DNA of 64,000 bases from Bdellovibrionales bacterium (GTDB taxonomy: Bacteria > Bdellovibrionota > Bdellovibrionia > Bdellovibrionales > UBA1609). Each line of letters starts with the position of its first letter. Position 1 is the stretch's first letter. The position numbers were made by a program, and so were the translations under genes. The notes beneath the pieces are model-generated. The model was not told the DNA's origin and made no database searches. It saw nothing but the letters and a program-made list of their open reading frames with translations. Below are positions 20,000 through 30,355 of this stretch, in pieces. The DNA lies in contig OZ244719.1 in NCBI GenBank assembly GCA_965219095.1, positions 128,001 through 192,000 on the forward strand. The letters are read 5' to 3'.

Positions 20000-21321
20000 G
20001 AAGAATGGATTCCATTTCTGATCTTAAACAAACATTTTTGAGGTGTAAGATGAACCACAATAATTATAAAATTTTTCTAGGAGATAGTCTCCAAGTCTTA
20101 AAAACTCTTCCTGATCATTTTATTGATTCTATGGTGATAGACCCCCCTTCTGGGATTGGTTTTTTAAGATTGAAATGGGATAAAAACAGAGGAAGCAAAT
20201 ATAACTGGGTTAAATGGCTTAAAAACCTTATGATAGAGGCTCATAGAGTTTTAAAGCATGGAGCTTACGGGTTTGTGTGGGCTCTACCTAGAACCTCTCA
20301 CTTGACAGCTTGGGCTTTAGAGGAAGCGGGTTTTGAAATAAAAGACATTGTAAGCCATGTCTTTTTTTCTGGCTTTCCTAAAAGTTTAAACCTAGAAATT
20401 GCTATAGATAAGGCTAAATATCTTCATAAAAAAGATATGTATCGTGTAACAGGCTGGATAAGAAAGAGAACAGAGGAGTTGGGTTTAAAACAAAAAGACC
20501 TTAATAAAGTGGCTGGGGTTAAAAACCTTGCCTCTCACTGGATGGCTGATTCATCAAATTCACAGCCTCATATCCCGACCCTAGAAATGTGGAAAAAGCT
20601 AGAAACTGTTTTAGGGAAATGTCCTGAATGGATGGAGTGTTTGATTAAACCCTGTCGTGAAAAAGGTAAATTTTGGAAACAAAGAAAACTCATAGGCCAG
20701 CATAAACACTCAGCTTGGACATTAGGAGAACAAAAATACCTTCCTAAAGAACTAACACGTTCCACTAATCCACAGGCTCTTCAATGGCAAGGTTGGGGGA
20801 CAGCTCTAAAGCCTGCTAATGAACATTGGATTTTAATTCAAAAACCCATCTCTGAACACAACATTGCTTCAAATGTTCTTAAACATAAGACAGGAGGGCT
20901 TAATATAGAGGTTTCAAAGTTTGGTGAAAAAAAGAAGTATCCTTCTAACTTTATTTTAACAAAAGCAGATGAACTAAAGGGAGCTTTTAAGCAAAAAAAA
21001 GACCTTGATAGGTATGTAAAAACTTTTAAGCCCGAAATCCCCTTTTATTACTGTAAAAGAGCCTCTAAGAAAGAAAAAAAAGAGTTTAACACGCATCCCA
21101 CAGCTAAGCCCTTAAACCTTATGAGCTACCTTTGCAAAATGATCACTCCTAAAAACGGAGTCATTCTTGATCCTTTCATGGGAAGTGGTACAACAGGGGT
21201 TTCTTCCCTTAAAGAGGGTTTTCAATTCATAGGCATAGAACAAGACAAGAGCTATTTTGAGATTGCACAAAAGAGGCTGGAAGGCCATAAAAACAGCCTT
21301 CCACTAGATAAGGCTTGTTAA
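19972..21321 (+). CDS. Beta-class N4/N6 DNA methyltransferase with internal XRE-like HTH (true start probably ATG 20005 or 20050)
   Basis: GDSL..VIDPPSGIGF, HPTAKP, ILDPFMGSGTTG and FIGIE motifs. Insert WIRKRTEELGLKQKDLNKVAG..ASHW..P. Confidence 0.88.
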   Translation: MWKARSRGLRRMDSISDLKQTFLRCKMNHNNYKIFLGDSLQVLKTLPDHFIDSMVIDPPSGIGFLRLKWDKNRGSKYNWVKWLKNLMIEAHRVLKHGAYGFVWALPRTSHLTAWALEEAGFEIKDIVSHVFFSGFPKSLNLEIAIDKAKYLHKKDMYRVTGWIRKRTEELGLKQKDLNKVAGVKNLASHWMADSSNSQPHIPTLEMWKKLETVLGKCPEWMECLIKPCREKGKFWKQRKLIGQHKHSAWTLGEQKYLPKELTRSTNPQALQWQGWGTALKPANEHWILIQKPISEHNIASNVLKHKTGGLNIEVSKFGEKKKYPSNFILTKADELKGAFKQKKDLDRYVKTFKPEIPFYYCKRASKKEKKEFNTHPTAKPLNLMSYLCKMITPKNGVILDPFMGSGTTGVSSLKEGFQFIGIEQDKSYFEIAQKRLEGHKNSLPLDKAC

Positions 21322-21597
21322 GGACTAATGGACTGATGAGTCAAAAAGTTCAAAAAAGGAGTGGACTTTCATGATAAACAGAGCTTCTATAGACTTGAAG
21401 TATAAAAAAGCAAGGATAAGAAAGCATAGCACACTTTCCTACCCTCTAAACATACCATACCTAACGCAGGAGGTACAGCATGTCTAATCCTACCTAATAT
21501 CATAGCCTTAAAACTTTTGATAGCCATTAGGCTTCAAAATAAAGCCCTATATTTTATACAACAAGTCCAAATTTTAACCAGAAAGGAGAAATAAATT

Positions 21598-21936
21598 ATG
21601 ATGATTTACAATTTTGAAATCAATAAAGCCTTAAAGAAGGGCTTAGAATCTTTAGAGGGTCTTTGTCCAAAGGTGTGTGAGCTCATACTAGCTCTGAAAG
21701 AGGACTGCACAAATTCCAAAAAAGAAGAAGTACCTCTTTTTGATCTTTTAATTCATTTGATCTTTCTTTCAGAAAGAGAAATGACTTCAAGGTCTTTTAA
21801 GAACTTAGAAACCAAAACAGACCATGATTTAGAAAATTTAGTAAAGTTTTATTCAGATCATTTTTTAATGGATTCTTTTGTCAAAGAAAATTTGATTAGG
21901 GATTTAAAAAAAAGAAAGAAAGAAGAAAGGGAGTAA
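21598..21936 (+). CDS. Hypothetical protein, paralog 1 of 3
   Basis: AAGGAG RBS; shared motif EEVPLFDLLIHLIFLSERE. Confidence 0.7.
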   Translation: MMIYNFEINKALKKGLESLEGLCPKVCELILALKEDCTNSKKEEVPLFDLLIHLIFLSEREMTSRSFKNLETKTDHDLENLVKFYSDHFLMDSFVKENLIRDLKKRKKEERE

Positions 21937-21940
21937 AATC

Positions 21941-22363
21941 ATGTTAATTACTTTAGAAGAATTAAAACAAGATTTAAATGAGTATCAAAAAAAACACCAA
22001 TTTAACCTCCCTGTAAGAGTTCAGGATATGTTAGACACTCTTAAACTTTATATAGAAGAACAGGAAATAGAAGATGTTTCGCTTTCACAGCTTCTTGTGA
22101 TTTTTATTTTTTTAGCAGACGATAAGCCATGTCAGCTTATCTCTGAACTCTTACCATGCCTTGATTCAGATTGTATTTATGGCTTAAATGATGAGTTGTT
22201 CAATTGCTTTTCTTTATTACGAGATTTTCTTAAAAAGGAGGAAACCTTATTGATGTTGCAGAAAGAAGAGGAAGAAGAGGAAGAAGAAGGGGAAGAGGAA
22301 GAGGAAGAGGAAGAAAATGAAGAAAATGAAGAAAATGAAGAAAATGAAGAAAATGAGAAATAA
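21941..22363 (+). CDS. Hypothetical protein, paralog 2 of 3, with poly-Glu/(EEN)n tail
   Basis: Motif EDVSLSQLLVIFIFLADDK; 9-bp GAAGAAAAT repeats at the 3' end. Confidence 0.7.
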   Translation: MLITLEELKQDLNEYQKKHQFNLPVRVQDMLDTLKLYIEEQEIEDVSLSQLLVIFIFLADDKPCQLISELLPCLDSDCIYGLNDELFNCFSLLRDFLKKEETLLMLQKEEEEEEEEGEEEEEEEENEENEENEENEENEK

Positions 22364-22369
22364 CTGGAG

Positions 22370-22729
22370 ATGTTTATGAATTTATCAGTCTATAAAGTTA
22401 TAAAATGCCTTTCAAAAGGTCAGAAAATGCTTGACGGCAAAAGTGTAAGGACTTATTTTTTAATGGATGCTTTAAAAAACGAGTATTTAAGAAATTTAAA
22501 AAGCGAAGAAGTAGAACTTTTTGACTTGTTAGTCCATTTAGTTTTCTTTGCAAATAGAGAGCCTGAAAGAATCATTTTAAATTTACTAAAGGTTATAAAT
22601 AGTGAAATGGTTTTTGATTTAGAACCTACAACAATAAGTGAGTCTGCTTATTTTTTGGATGAAGGGTTTAGAAAGGATATGGTTCTCAGTCATTTAAGAA
22701 GGGCGAAGAAAGAAAATATAAAAAAATGA
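22370..22729 (+). CDS. Hypothetical protein, paralog 3 of 3
   Basis: Motif EEVELFDLLVHLVFFANRE. Confidence 0.7.
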   Translation: MFMNLSVYKVIKCLSKGQKMLDGKSVRTYFLMDALKNEYLRNLKSEEVELFDLLVHLVFFANREPERIILNLLKVINSEMVFDLEPTTISESAYFLDEGFRKDMVLSHLRRAKKENIKK

Positions 22730-22771
22730 AAAAACTAAAATACTTTAAAAAAATCATCAAAAGGAGTTTGT

Positions 22772-22981
22772 ATGGAAAAAGCCAAAAAGACTTGTTCCAG
22801 GAAATATCCTATGCTAAACAATATAAAATGGATTGTTTATCCCTTATCGGAGGAAGAAGAAAATGAAAGAATCAAAAAACTCGCAAAACTGTTCTACAGG
22901 TATATGGCGCAAAATAGCCAGAGGAGAAAAGCTAAAAACACCTTTAAACAAACAGAGTTCAAAAAAACTATCGGACTGTAA
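22772..22981 (+). CDS. Small basic protein overlapping the LSR 5' region
   Basis: AAGGAG RBS with correct spacing; 69 aa. Confidence 0.55.
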   Translation: MEKAKKTCSRKYPMLNNIKWIVYPLSEEEENERIKKLAKLFYRYMAQNSQRRKAKNTFKQTEFKKTIGL

Positions 22982-24604
22982 GTATAAGATCGCTGTTTAC
23001 ATTAGGCTTTCTCCCAGCGATGAGATTAGAGAGGAAGGTTCTCTAGTCTCGCACCCTCAAAGGATTAGAAACTTTATTGAAATGAAAAATAGGTCTGATC
23101 CTACTTGGGGGGAGATCATAGAAACTTATATTGATAAAGACCTTTCAGGAAAGAACATGAATAGGCCTGCTTTTCAAAAAATGTGTAAAGACATAGTTTC
23201 AAGAAAAGTCAATGCTGTTATTGTCACAGAGCTTTCAAGGCTTAGTCGAAGTGTGAAGGACTTTTGCCATTTTTGGGATTTTTTAAAAGAGCATAATGTG
23301 AAGTTTTTTAGTTTGAAAGAAAACTTTGATACTTCAACAGCTATGGGGGAGCTTATGGTCATTCAAGCCATTAGTTTTGCTCAGTTTGAAAGACAGACCA
23401 TTGTGGAAAGAACAAAAAACGGCATACAGGCAAGAGCTGAAAGAGGGCTTTCTAATGGTGGTCAAAGAGCTTTAGGCTATGACTCTCACCCTACAAAAAA
23501 ATGTCATCTTATAGTAAATGAAGAAGAAAAAATCATTGTAAATTTTATTTTTAATAAATTCCTAGAGCTTGGATCTTTATCTAAAACATTAAATTTTTTA
23601 AATAAAAATGGCTACAAAACAAAGTCTTCTGTAAATAAAGGAGGGAAGCAAAGAGGCGGAAGTCGCTGGACACTAACAACCTTGTACACCCTGCTTACAA
23701 ACCTTGTTTATATTGGAAAAAGAGAGTTTAACAAAAGAAATAGAAACAAAAATCAATTAGAGCTAAGCCTTTCTGAAAGATATAAGGTCTATGATAGCCA
23801 ATGGCCTGCTATTGTATCTCAAGAACTATTTAATGAAGTTCAAGAACGTTTAGAAAAGAATAAAAAAGAATTAAGAAAAAGCCATCATTGTTACATTCTT
23901 TCAGGCTTAGCTTATTGTGGGCTTTGTGGTCAAAAACTTTCAGGAGTAGGAGCTAATGGCAACAATAGAAAGTACTTCTATTACTCCCACAAAAGAAAAA
24001 TGTTAACACAGGGAGACAGGCACTTAAAAAAATGTGAATTAGAGAACATCCCCGTTCATAGTCTAGAAGAAGCTGTAAATTTTAGAATTAAAAATCTTGT
24101 GAAAAATAAAGCCTTTCTTTTAGAGCTAGTCAAAAATAACAACATGCAGAATCAGGAGAGACTGAAGAATAACCAAAGTTTAATGAACTCCCATAGAGAA
24201 AGCCTAAAGAAAGTCAATAACGACACACAGGGGCTTACACAGGCCTTAGCAAGAGCTACCAGCAATAAGGCAAGAGATTTTTTGCTCGAACAAATTAACT
24301 CTTTAAATGACAAATCTAGTGAAATTAAACAAGAAGTAGAAAGACTTAAAAACGAAAGAACTTCCTTTAAAGAAACCGTTATCTCAGCTGAAAATGTTTT
24401 TTCAGCCTTACAAATAGTCAATAAAAAATTATCTAAAATAACGCAGTGCCAAAGAAAAGAACTCCTCTCAAACATTATAAAAAAAGTCACAGTCTATAAA
24501 GATAAAATAGCTGTTCAGTACTTTGGATGTACCGATCTTCCATTAAGTAATAACGAACACCAAGCTCATAATGACATGGTCATAGGTTCGTATAATGTTC
24601 GTAT

Positions 24605-24626
<22 letters not shown>
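22833..24626 (+). CDS. Large serine recombinase (resolvase, recombinase, Zn-ribbon and coiled-coil domains); exact start uncertain
   Basis: AVYIRLS catalytic Ser, SGKNMNRP, LSRLSRS, AQFERQTIVER and LSGLAYCGLCG..YFYY..C motifs. Confidence 0.95.
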
Positions 24627-24681
<55 letters not shown>

Positions 24682-24735
24682 TTCAAATGTTACTTAAAAC
24701 TTTTCACATGGTCAAGAAGAAACTATAATATTTCA

Positions 24736-25698
24736 ATGGATCCTCTTTCTCAAGGACTTTTAGGTGCAAGCTTTACTCAATCGGCAACAGCAAGTGTGTC
24801 TGTGAAAAAGAAAAAGAAATTCTTGCAAATTACCCTTATAGGGACTCTTTCCGGTATGGCACCTGATTTAGATGTCCTTATCTTTTCTCTTGAAGATCCT
24901 CTTTTTTCTCTTATCTACCATAGACATTTTACACATTCTTTGTTTTTTGCTCCTATAGGGGCTTTCTTTTTGTGCTTTCTTTTTTCAAAATTTTTCAAAT
25001 CCTTTAGCTTTAAAGAAATCTACTACTATAGCTTTTTAGGAATCATAACCCATGGCTTTCTTGATTCTTGCACAAGTTATGGTACATTACTTTTTTGGCC
25101 TTTTTCAGAACAAAGAATCTCATGGAACGTTATTCCTATTGTTGATCTTCTTTTCACTCTACCTCTTCTTTTTTTTGTTGTGCTAAGTGTAAGGAAAAAT
25201 AATCCCTTCATAGCTAGAATAGGTTTTATAGTAAGTTTACTGGTCCTTTTTTTTGGATGGACTCAAAAGCTTAGGGTGGAAAAAGCACTTTTAGAAGAAG
25301 TTTACACAAGAGCTCATAGCCCTCCCTATATTTATGCTAAACCTTTCTTTTTTCATCTTTTTAAATGGCGGACCATTTATGAACATAGAGGGCATTTCTT
25401 TGTTCAAGGAGTCAAGGTGATACCTTATAAAAAACCTTTTTTTTATAAACTTAAACTCATAAAAAAATTTAATATTTCACAACATCTCAAAGAGTTAAAA
25501 CCTTCTGACAAGCAGCATAAAGATGTGCAAAAATATCTCTGGTTTACTCAAAATTTTATTGGCTATGACCCTAAAAACCCTCATGTTTTAGGTGATTTAC
25601 GGTATAGTCCTTTTCCTTCAGGTACAAAAAGTTTATGGGGGATTAAAGTCGATCCTACTCGTCCTCAATCGCATATAAAACGTATTTCTCTACGTTAG
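24736..25698 (+). CDS. Metal-dependent hydrolase, YdjM-like inner membrane protein
   Basis: MDPLSQ, APDLD, HRHFTHS and THGFLDSCTSYG motifs. Confidence 0.85.
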   Translation: MDPLSQGLLGASFTQSATASVSVKKKKKFLQITLIGTLSGMAPDLDVLIFSLEDPLFSLIYHRHFTHSLFFAPIGAFFLCFLFSKFFKSFSFKEIYYYSFLGIITHGFLDSCTSYGTLLFWPFSEQRISWNVIPIVDLLFTLPLLFFVVLSVRKNNPFIARIGFIVSLLVLFFGWTQKLRVEKALLEEVYTRAHSPPYIYAKPFFFHLFKWRTIYEHRGHFFVQGVKVIPYKKPFFYKLKLIKKFNISQHLKELKPSDKQHKDVQKYLWFTQNFIGYDPKNPHVLGDLRYSPFPSGTKSLWGIKVDPTRPQSHIKRISLR

Positions 25699-25803
25699 TT
25701 AGGGGCTAGACTTTTTAAAAACTTCCCTATATAATTTAATCTAAAGTAATTAAAGAATCTAAAAGAATCTAATAGAATAGAAATAAAAGAAAGGAGTTTT
25801 AAA

Positions 25804-26388
25804 ATGGTTCTAACAGGAAAACAAGCCCCCGATTTTAAAGCAATGACAGCTTTCAAAGGTGATTGCAGGGAAATTTCACTTTCAGATTATAGAGGAAAGA
25901 ATTATGTGATTCTTTTTTTCTACCCTCTTGATTTTACCTTTGTTTGCCCTACAGAGTTACATGCTTTCCAAGAAAAACTCAGTGAGTTTAAAAACCGCTC
26001 AACAGAAGTTTTTTCTTGTTCTGTAGACAGCCACTTTTCACATTTAGCGTGGTTGAACACACCTAAAAACAAAGGTGGAATTGAAGGCATTGAATATGGT
26101 CTTATCTCTGACATAGGAGGTTCCATTGCTGAAGCCTATGATGTGCTTAGCCCTGAGAAAGTAAGTTATAGAGGTCTTTTTCTTATCGACAAAGAGGGTG
26201 TTGTAAGACATCAAGTGGTTAATGATCTCCCTTTAGGCCGTAGCGTTGATGAAGCCCTTAGAATGGTAGATGCTCTTCAACACTATGAAGAAAACGGAGA
26301 AGTCTGCCCTGCGAACTGGCGTAAAGGAGAAGAAGCTATTGAAACAACTCATCAAAGCGTAGGACGTTATTTAGAAAACAAAAAGTGA
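25804..26388 (+). CDS. ahpC: 2-Cys peroxiredoxin (AhpC/TSA)
   Basis: FYPLDFTFVCPTE and GEVCPANW. Confidence 0.95.
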   Translation: MVLTGKQAPDFKAMTAFKGDCREISLSDYRGKNYVILFFYPLDFTFVCPTELHAFQEKLSEFKNRSTEVFSCSVDSHFSHLAWLNTPKNKGGIEGIEYGLISDIGGSIAEAYDVLSPEKVSYRGLFLIDKEGVVRHQVVNDLPLGRSVDEALRMVDALQHYEENGEVCPANWRKGEEAIETTHQSVGRYLENKK

Positions 26389-26413
26389 GTAAAATAAAAG
26401 TTTTTTCAAACTC

Positions 26414-26442
26414 AAAAACCACCTCCTTTGAGGTGGTTTTTT
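26414..26442 (+). terminator. Rho-independent terminator
   Basis: AAAAACCACCTC-CTTT-GAGGTGGTTTTTT after ahpC. Confidence 0.85.
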
Positions 26443-26609
26443 ATTGTAAAAATTGTAAAATTAAAAAAGATCGCCTCCTCAAAAGAATCTGTGGGTTCCC
26501 GGAGGTTCTGGCAGTTTTCCAAGGTTATGATATAAGGCGATTTTTATAGCTTTAGAGGTTCTAAAGCCGTAAGATTTTCTCATAGTGAGTTTTACTTTGT
26601 TGTTTAAAC

Positions 26610-26730
26610 GTAACTCGGTTTTTAAACCTCTCCTAACTTATACTGACTACACTTCTTTCAAAAAAACCCTTTTAAAATCTAAGAAACATCCTCCCCACAG
26701 AAGTCAAGGGCTGTTAAGAAACCGACTTAC
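26610..26730. mobile_element. 121-bp IS66-type MITE
   Basis: GTAACTCGGTT...AACCGACTTAC ends and 8-bp TSD GTTTAAAC. The empty site is present in ISL3 copy 1. Confidence 0.88.
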
Positions 26731-26817
26731 GTTTAAACCCTCTACAATCCCTGAGGAGAAGGTTTTTTTAGCCTTGAAGTAATTAAGAATAAGTAGCTTA
26801 TGTCTTCGTATGGTTTT

Positions 26818-27211
26818 CCCGACTTCAGCGTTTTCTTTTCAAGAATCTAATGATTTCAAGTAGTTACGCAAAACCGTGATCACTACATTTTAAACGGTGC
26901 CTTATAGGATTTTTATATGATTTTAGGGGTTAAAACTGTATATTGCCCCAAATGTTGAATGGTTTTTTGGATGACTTTATTCTGCACTCTCTTGTTCTCT
27001 ACAATCTGAACTGAAATAGAACTATTCTTTCTTGGAATCTTTTTTACAAACATATTTAAATGTTAAAAGAAATTTCCAGCCTTGAAAAGACCTCAAAAAA
27101 AGATTTCTGACACTACAAATGCACTGTCTGGAAAAATACCCCCCAACTCTGTTCTAAACATAGCTCGCACACTTTTATGAAGTTTTAGTAGTGGAAAACG
27201 CTGAAGTCGGG
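26818..27211 (-). mobile_element. 394-bp IS1634-type internally deleted element
   Basis: Perfect 18-bp TIR CCCGACTTCAGCGTTTTC and 15-bp TSD TCTTCGTATGGTTTT. Retains an MFVKKI..VQIVENKRVQNKVIQKTIQHLG stub. Confidence 0.85.
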
Positions 27212-28524
27212 TCTTCGTATGGTTTTTGCTTCTCTTTTCATAGGTTCAATTTTTGAAAGCATGACTCGTCTCGTCCAACTGTCTATAAATTTACCAGCCC
27301 AAGTTGGTGAAACATAGGTCCATAACTGTCGGAAGTCTTCTTTTAAAAGATAACAGCGGATACTTTTTAAATTGTACTGTATTAAATGCCTTAATTTTAC
27401 TTTTTCATAAGATTTTAAATTTTCTGCATTTTTTAACAAGGGCCATCTAGCTTTTGTTAAAAGGGGTTCATACCCATCTTCTTTCATTTTTTTGTGTTCT
27501 GAAGCTCTCACTTCGTCTAAAGCCTTATTGAGTCTTGCTACGATATGAAACCGATCTAATATATTCAAAGCTTGACTTGCCCTCTCCTTTATTACTTTTA
27601 AATAGGGCTTCCACATATCAGAACACACAACTGTATATCTTTTGACTTCTCTCCTAGTAAATCAAAGAATTTTCTAAAACTCTTTTCTGTTCTTTTTTCT
27701 CCTATCCATAGCAAACGAACACTTTCTTTGCTTATTTCATAGACTAAGGTGAGATACTGATGGTTCTTTTTCCATTGTATTTCATCTACACCTATAGCTT
27801 GTATTCCCTTTAAAACCCTTTGTTTTAAACCATATTCTACGACCCATTCTACCGAAGCATAGACCTGATTCCAACTGACATGAAACTTACAAGAAACCTC
27901 TTTCCAAGACAGGTGACGACACCAGTCAGCTAAGTACTTCATGTAAAAAATTGTTAGGTTTTTCTTCCCATCTGCCCAAGGTAAATACTCAACTTTTACT
28001 CCACAGCAAGGACAATTAACTCTTCTTACAAAATAAACAAAAAACACTCTGTAACTTAAAATAGGAAGGGATTCAAAGTCCCGTGATGATTTACTGCTGT
28101 CATACACTGAACAGGGCTTCTTACAAACACTACAAAAAGCTTGGCCATTTTTACGAGCCTTAATAGGAACATTAATTGACTTTCTATCTTTTGAAAAATA
28201 AATGTCTCCGTATACAAAAGACTTCCATTTTAAACAATCATTTAGTATAGTCTTCAAAAGCATCTCTTCCCTCCTTTTTTTTTTTTTTGAATAACATTTT
28301 AAGGCATCTGGGAAGTAGGTGCTTCTTTTTTAAAATTTTAATGTAATACAGCAAATAAAAGAATGTTTTTGAGTTCAATCACCGGAGGTGATAGAGGCCA
28401 GTAAAGGCCTCAAAGAACTCAAAAATACAAGATAGGATGTCTTACTCTTACTTTGATTAATATGAGCTCTTTTGGGGGATTTCTACTACTTTTTACCCAC
28501 AGATTCCCGGGAGGAGCCAAAAAA

Positions 28525-29847
28525 TCAAAAATCAATAACAACCTTTAAAGATGTAGTTTCTTTATCATCCACAACTTCATTGTTAACTTTGTCGTACTCA
28601 TCTTCATGAACAAGTTTTAAAGATATATTTTTTGTGATTTTCTTAGAAGCACCGATTTCATATTTTCTGTTTTCCTTTGTATTAGAAAGAAAGCTCCTTT
28701 TCCTTTTAGCAAATAAATCAACTTTCCATGTTTTTAGAGGATATTCAAACTCTAAAGTAGCAATCATTTGTAAAGCTCTTTTATTTTTTTTGCCTATATT
28801 ATAACTAGGCCCTAGACTTCCTAGAGTGTAGAGATCCTCAATGCCGAAAGTATTTTCAATAAGAGTTTGTACAGCACTAGATAACTCTATAGAGTTTCCA
28901 TTACGACCAGTGTTATCCTTATACTTCACCCCTGTGACTAAAGTTAAATTGTCTTTAATAAAACGAGGTCTACTTATAATAACATCAAGAGTTTCTTTGC
29001 TATACTTATCCTTCTCTTCTCTATCTAATTGAAAGTAGCTACCGCGAAGAGTGACTGCATAGTTATCAAAGAAAAGATGAATTTTGCCTTTAAAATCAAT
29101 ATTTGTTTGTTCATAAGTTAAGTTATCTAAAATCTTAACTCCTAAATCAAGAGTTAATTTGTATTTCTTTAAAATATCATCTATCGATAGGTTTTCAAAT
29201 TTATGCCTTAACAAGCTTTTTTGACTTTTAGTAAGAAGAGCTTTTTTCTCTTCCATTGTTCTTTTTGTATTTTTGTTCTCAGTAGGGTTTTTATTTGAAA
29301 ACCCTTGAGCCTCAGAATGAGAGCTTTTAGGTTTAATGCTCAAAGCCCAGTTTTCTCTTTGAATTTGTAAATAAGGGTTATCAAAAGTTTTTTGCAAAAG
29401 AAGCTCTGCTAAATCGATTTTAATGTTCTTTTTTAACCCCTCCTCTAGATTGGCTTTTGTCAATAGATCATGTAAATTTTTTTTTATGTTTGTTTTTACT
29501 TCTCCTACAAGGACACTTATAAAAGTTTCACAATTTTTCCTTTTGTTAGGCTCTCTCATATAGGTTTCAATAGCATAAGAAAGAGCACTTTTTTGTGATT
29601 TATCTAATAAATCAACAGCTCTTTTTTTATTTTTTCTAAGCCGTCTTAAGAATTCATAGCCTTCGGTTTCTGAAAGTCCGTATTTCTTAAAATCATTTTT
29701 AAGAAATACAAGATTACAAGTTTGAGAGTATTTTACAAAATAGGAGTTGTTAAAAAGCTTTTGAGCTAAAATTTTTTTGTTGTGAGTTAATTTTGCTTCC
29801 GAAAAGTTAAACAAAAACAAAAAATAAAAGTATAAAAAGTACTTCAT
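28525..29847 (-). CDS. Exported protein with probable C-terminal outer-membrane beta-barrel (DUF481-like)
   Basis: Signal peptide, amphipathic strands in the last ~210 aa, terminal Phe (LKVVIDF). Confidence 0.55.
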   Translation of the reverse strand: MKYFLYFYFLFLFNFSEAKLTHNKKILAQKLFNNSYFVKYSQTCNLVFLKNDFKKYGLSETEGYEFLRRLRKNKKRAVDLLDKSQKSALSYAIETYMREPNKRKNCETFISVLVGEVKTNIKKNLHDLLTKANLEEGLKKNIKIDLAELLLQKTFDNPYLQIQRENWALSIKPKSSHSEAQGFSNKNPTENKNTKRTMEEKKALLTKSQKSLLRHKFENLSIDDILKKYKLTLDLGVKILDNLTYEQTNIDFKGKIHLFFDNYAVTLRGSYFQLDREEKDKYSKETLDVIISRPRFIKDNLTLVTGVKYKDNTGRNGNSIELSSAVQTLIENTFGIEDLYTLGSLGPSYNIGKKNKRALQMIATLEFEYPLKTWKVDLFAKRKRSFLSNTKENRKYEIGASKKITKNISLKLVHEDEYDKVNNEVVDDKETTSLKVVIDF

Positions 29848-30102
29848 GGCTCTTCTGCTCCTTCTACTACTTTACTTCTTTTTTAAGAAGATAGTTTTAC
29901 AATCACTTAAGATATTATAACTTTTCTAATGCAATAAGTCAAAGAAGTTTCGAAGCTTTCTCTCAAATTCACAATTTGCGACTTACCTTGCTAAGAAAGC
30001 TATCGAATTCTTTCGTTTTTTATATGGAATGGTCGGAAACCTTAAGACAAGATCATTATGTAATAATTTCATACCTCCCTCACCTTATTTTTTGTAAAAG
30101 AA

Positions 30103-30143
30103 AATATGGATGACCAGCCTTTTTGAAAGGCTGGTCATCCATA
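30103..30143. repeat. Long hairpin related to an IS110-family leader
   Basis: ATATGGATGACCAGCCTTT-TTG-AAAGGCTGGTCATCCATAT; the same sequence occurs at 57611-57649. Confidence 0.7.
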
Positions 30144-30355
30144 TGAGTATGTCACCTTGAGGGTCTTTTTAGTCTTTAAGGTATTTCTTAGGAGGGCTTT
30201 TAGTAAAGCACAAAGGGTTCCCCTTTTCTTTTCCATGAAAGAGTCTCCTTCTAAGGGTGAGAGGCTCCTTCAGGGGAAAGATATATTATTGTAGATAGGA
30301 GAGAAACTTCTAAAGCTAAGAAAGATTCTAAAAGAATGTTTACAGGATCACTTGT

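Larger units (their letters stand above)
26473..28518 (-). mobile_element. ISL3 second copy, inactivated by a frameshift (~27630) and two inserted MITEs
   Basis: Near-identical to 13517-15037, same TIRs, 7/8-matching TSD (AAAAGATC / AAAAAATC). Confidence 0.93.

Noticed and set aside
21469..21497. GGAGG + ATG mini-ORF (MSNPT*)
   Set aside because: Too short and has no further support; may be a decayed gene start.
26585..26782. 65-aa ORF across the IS66 MITE
   Set aside because: Chance frame spanning antisense ISL3 and MITE sequence.
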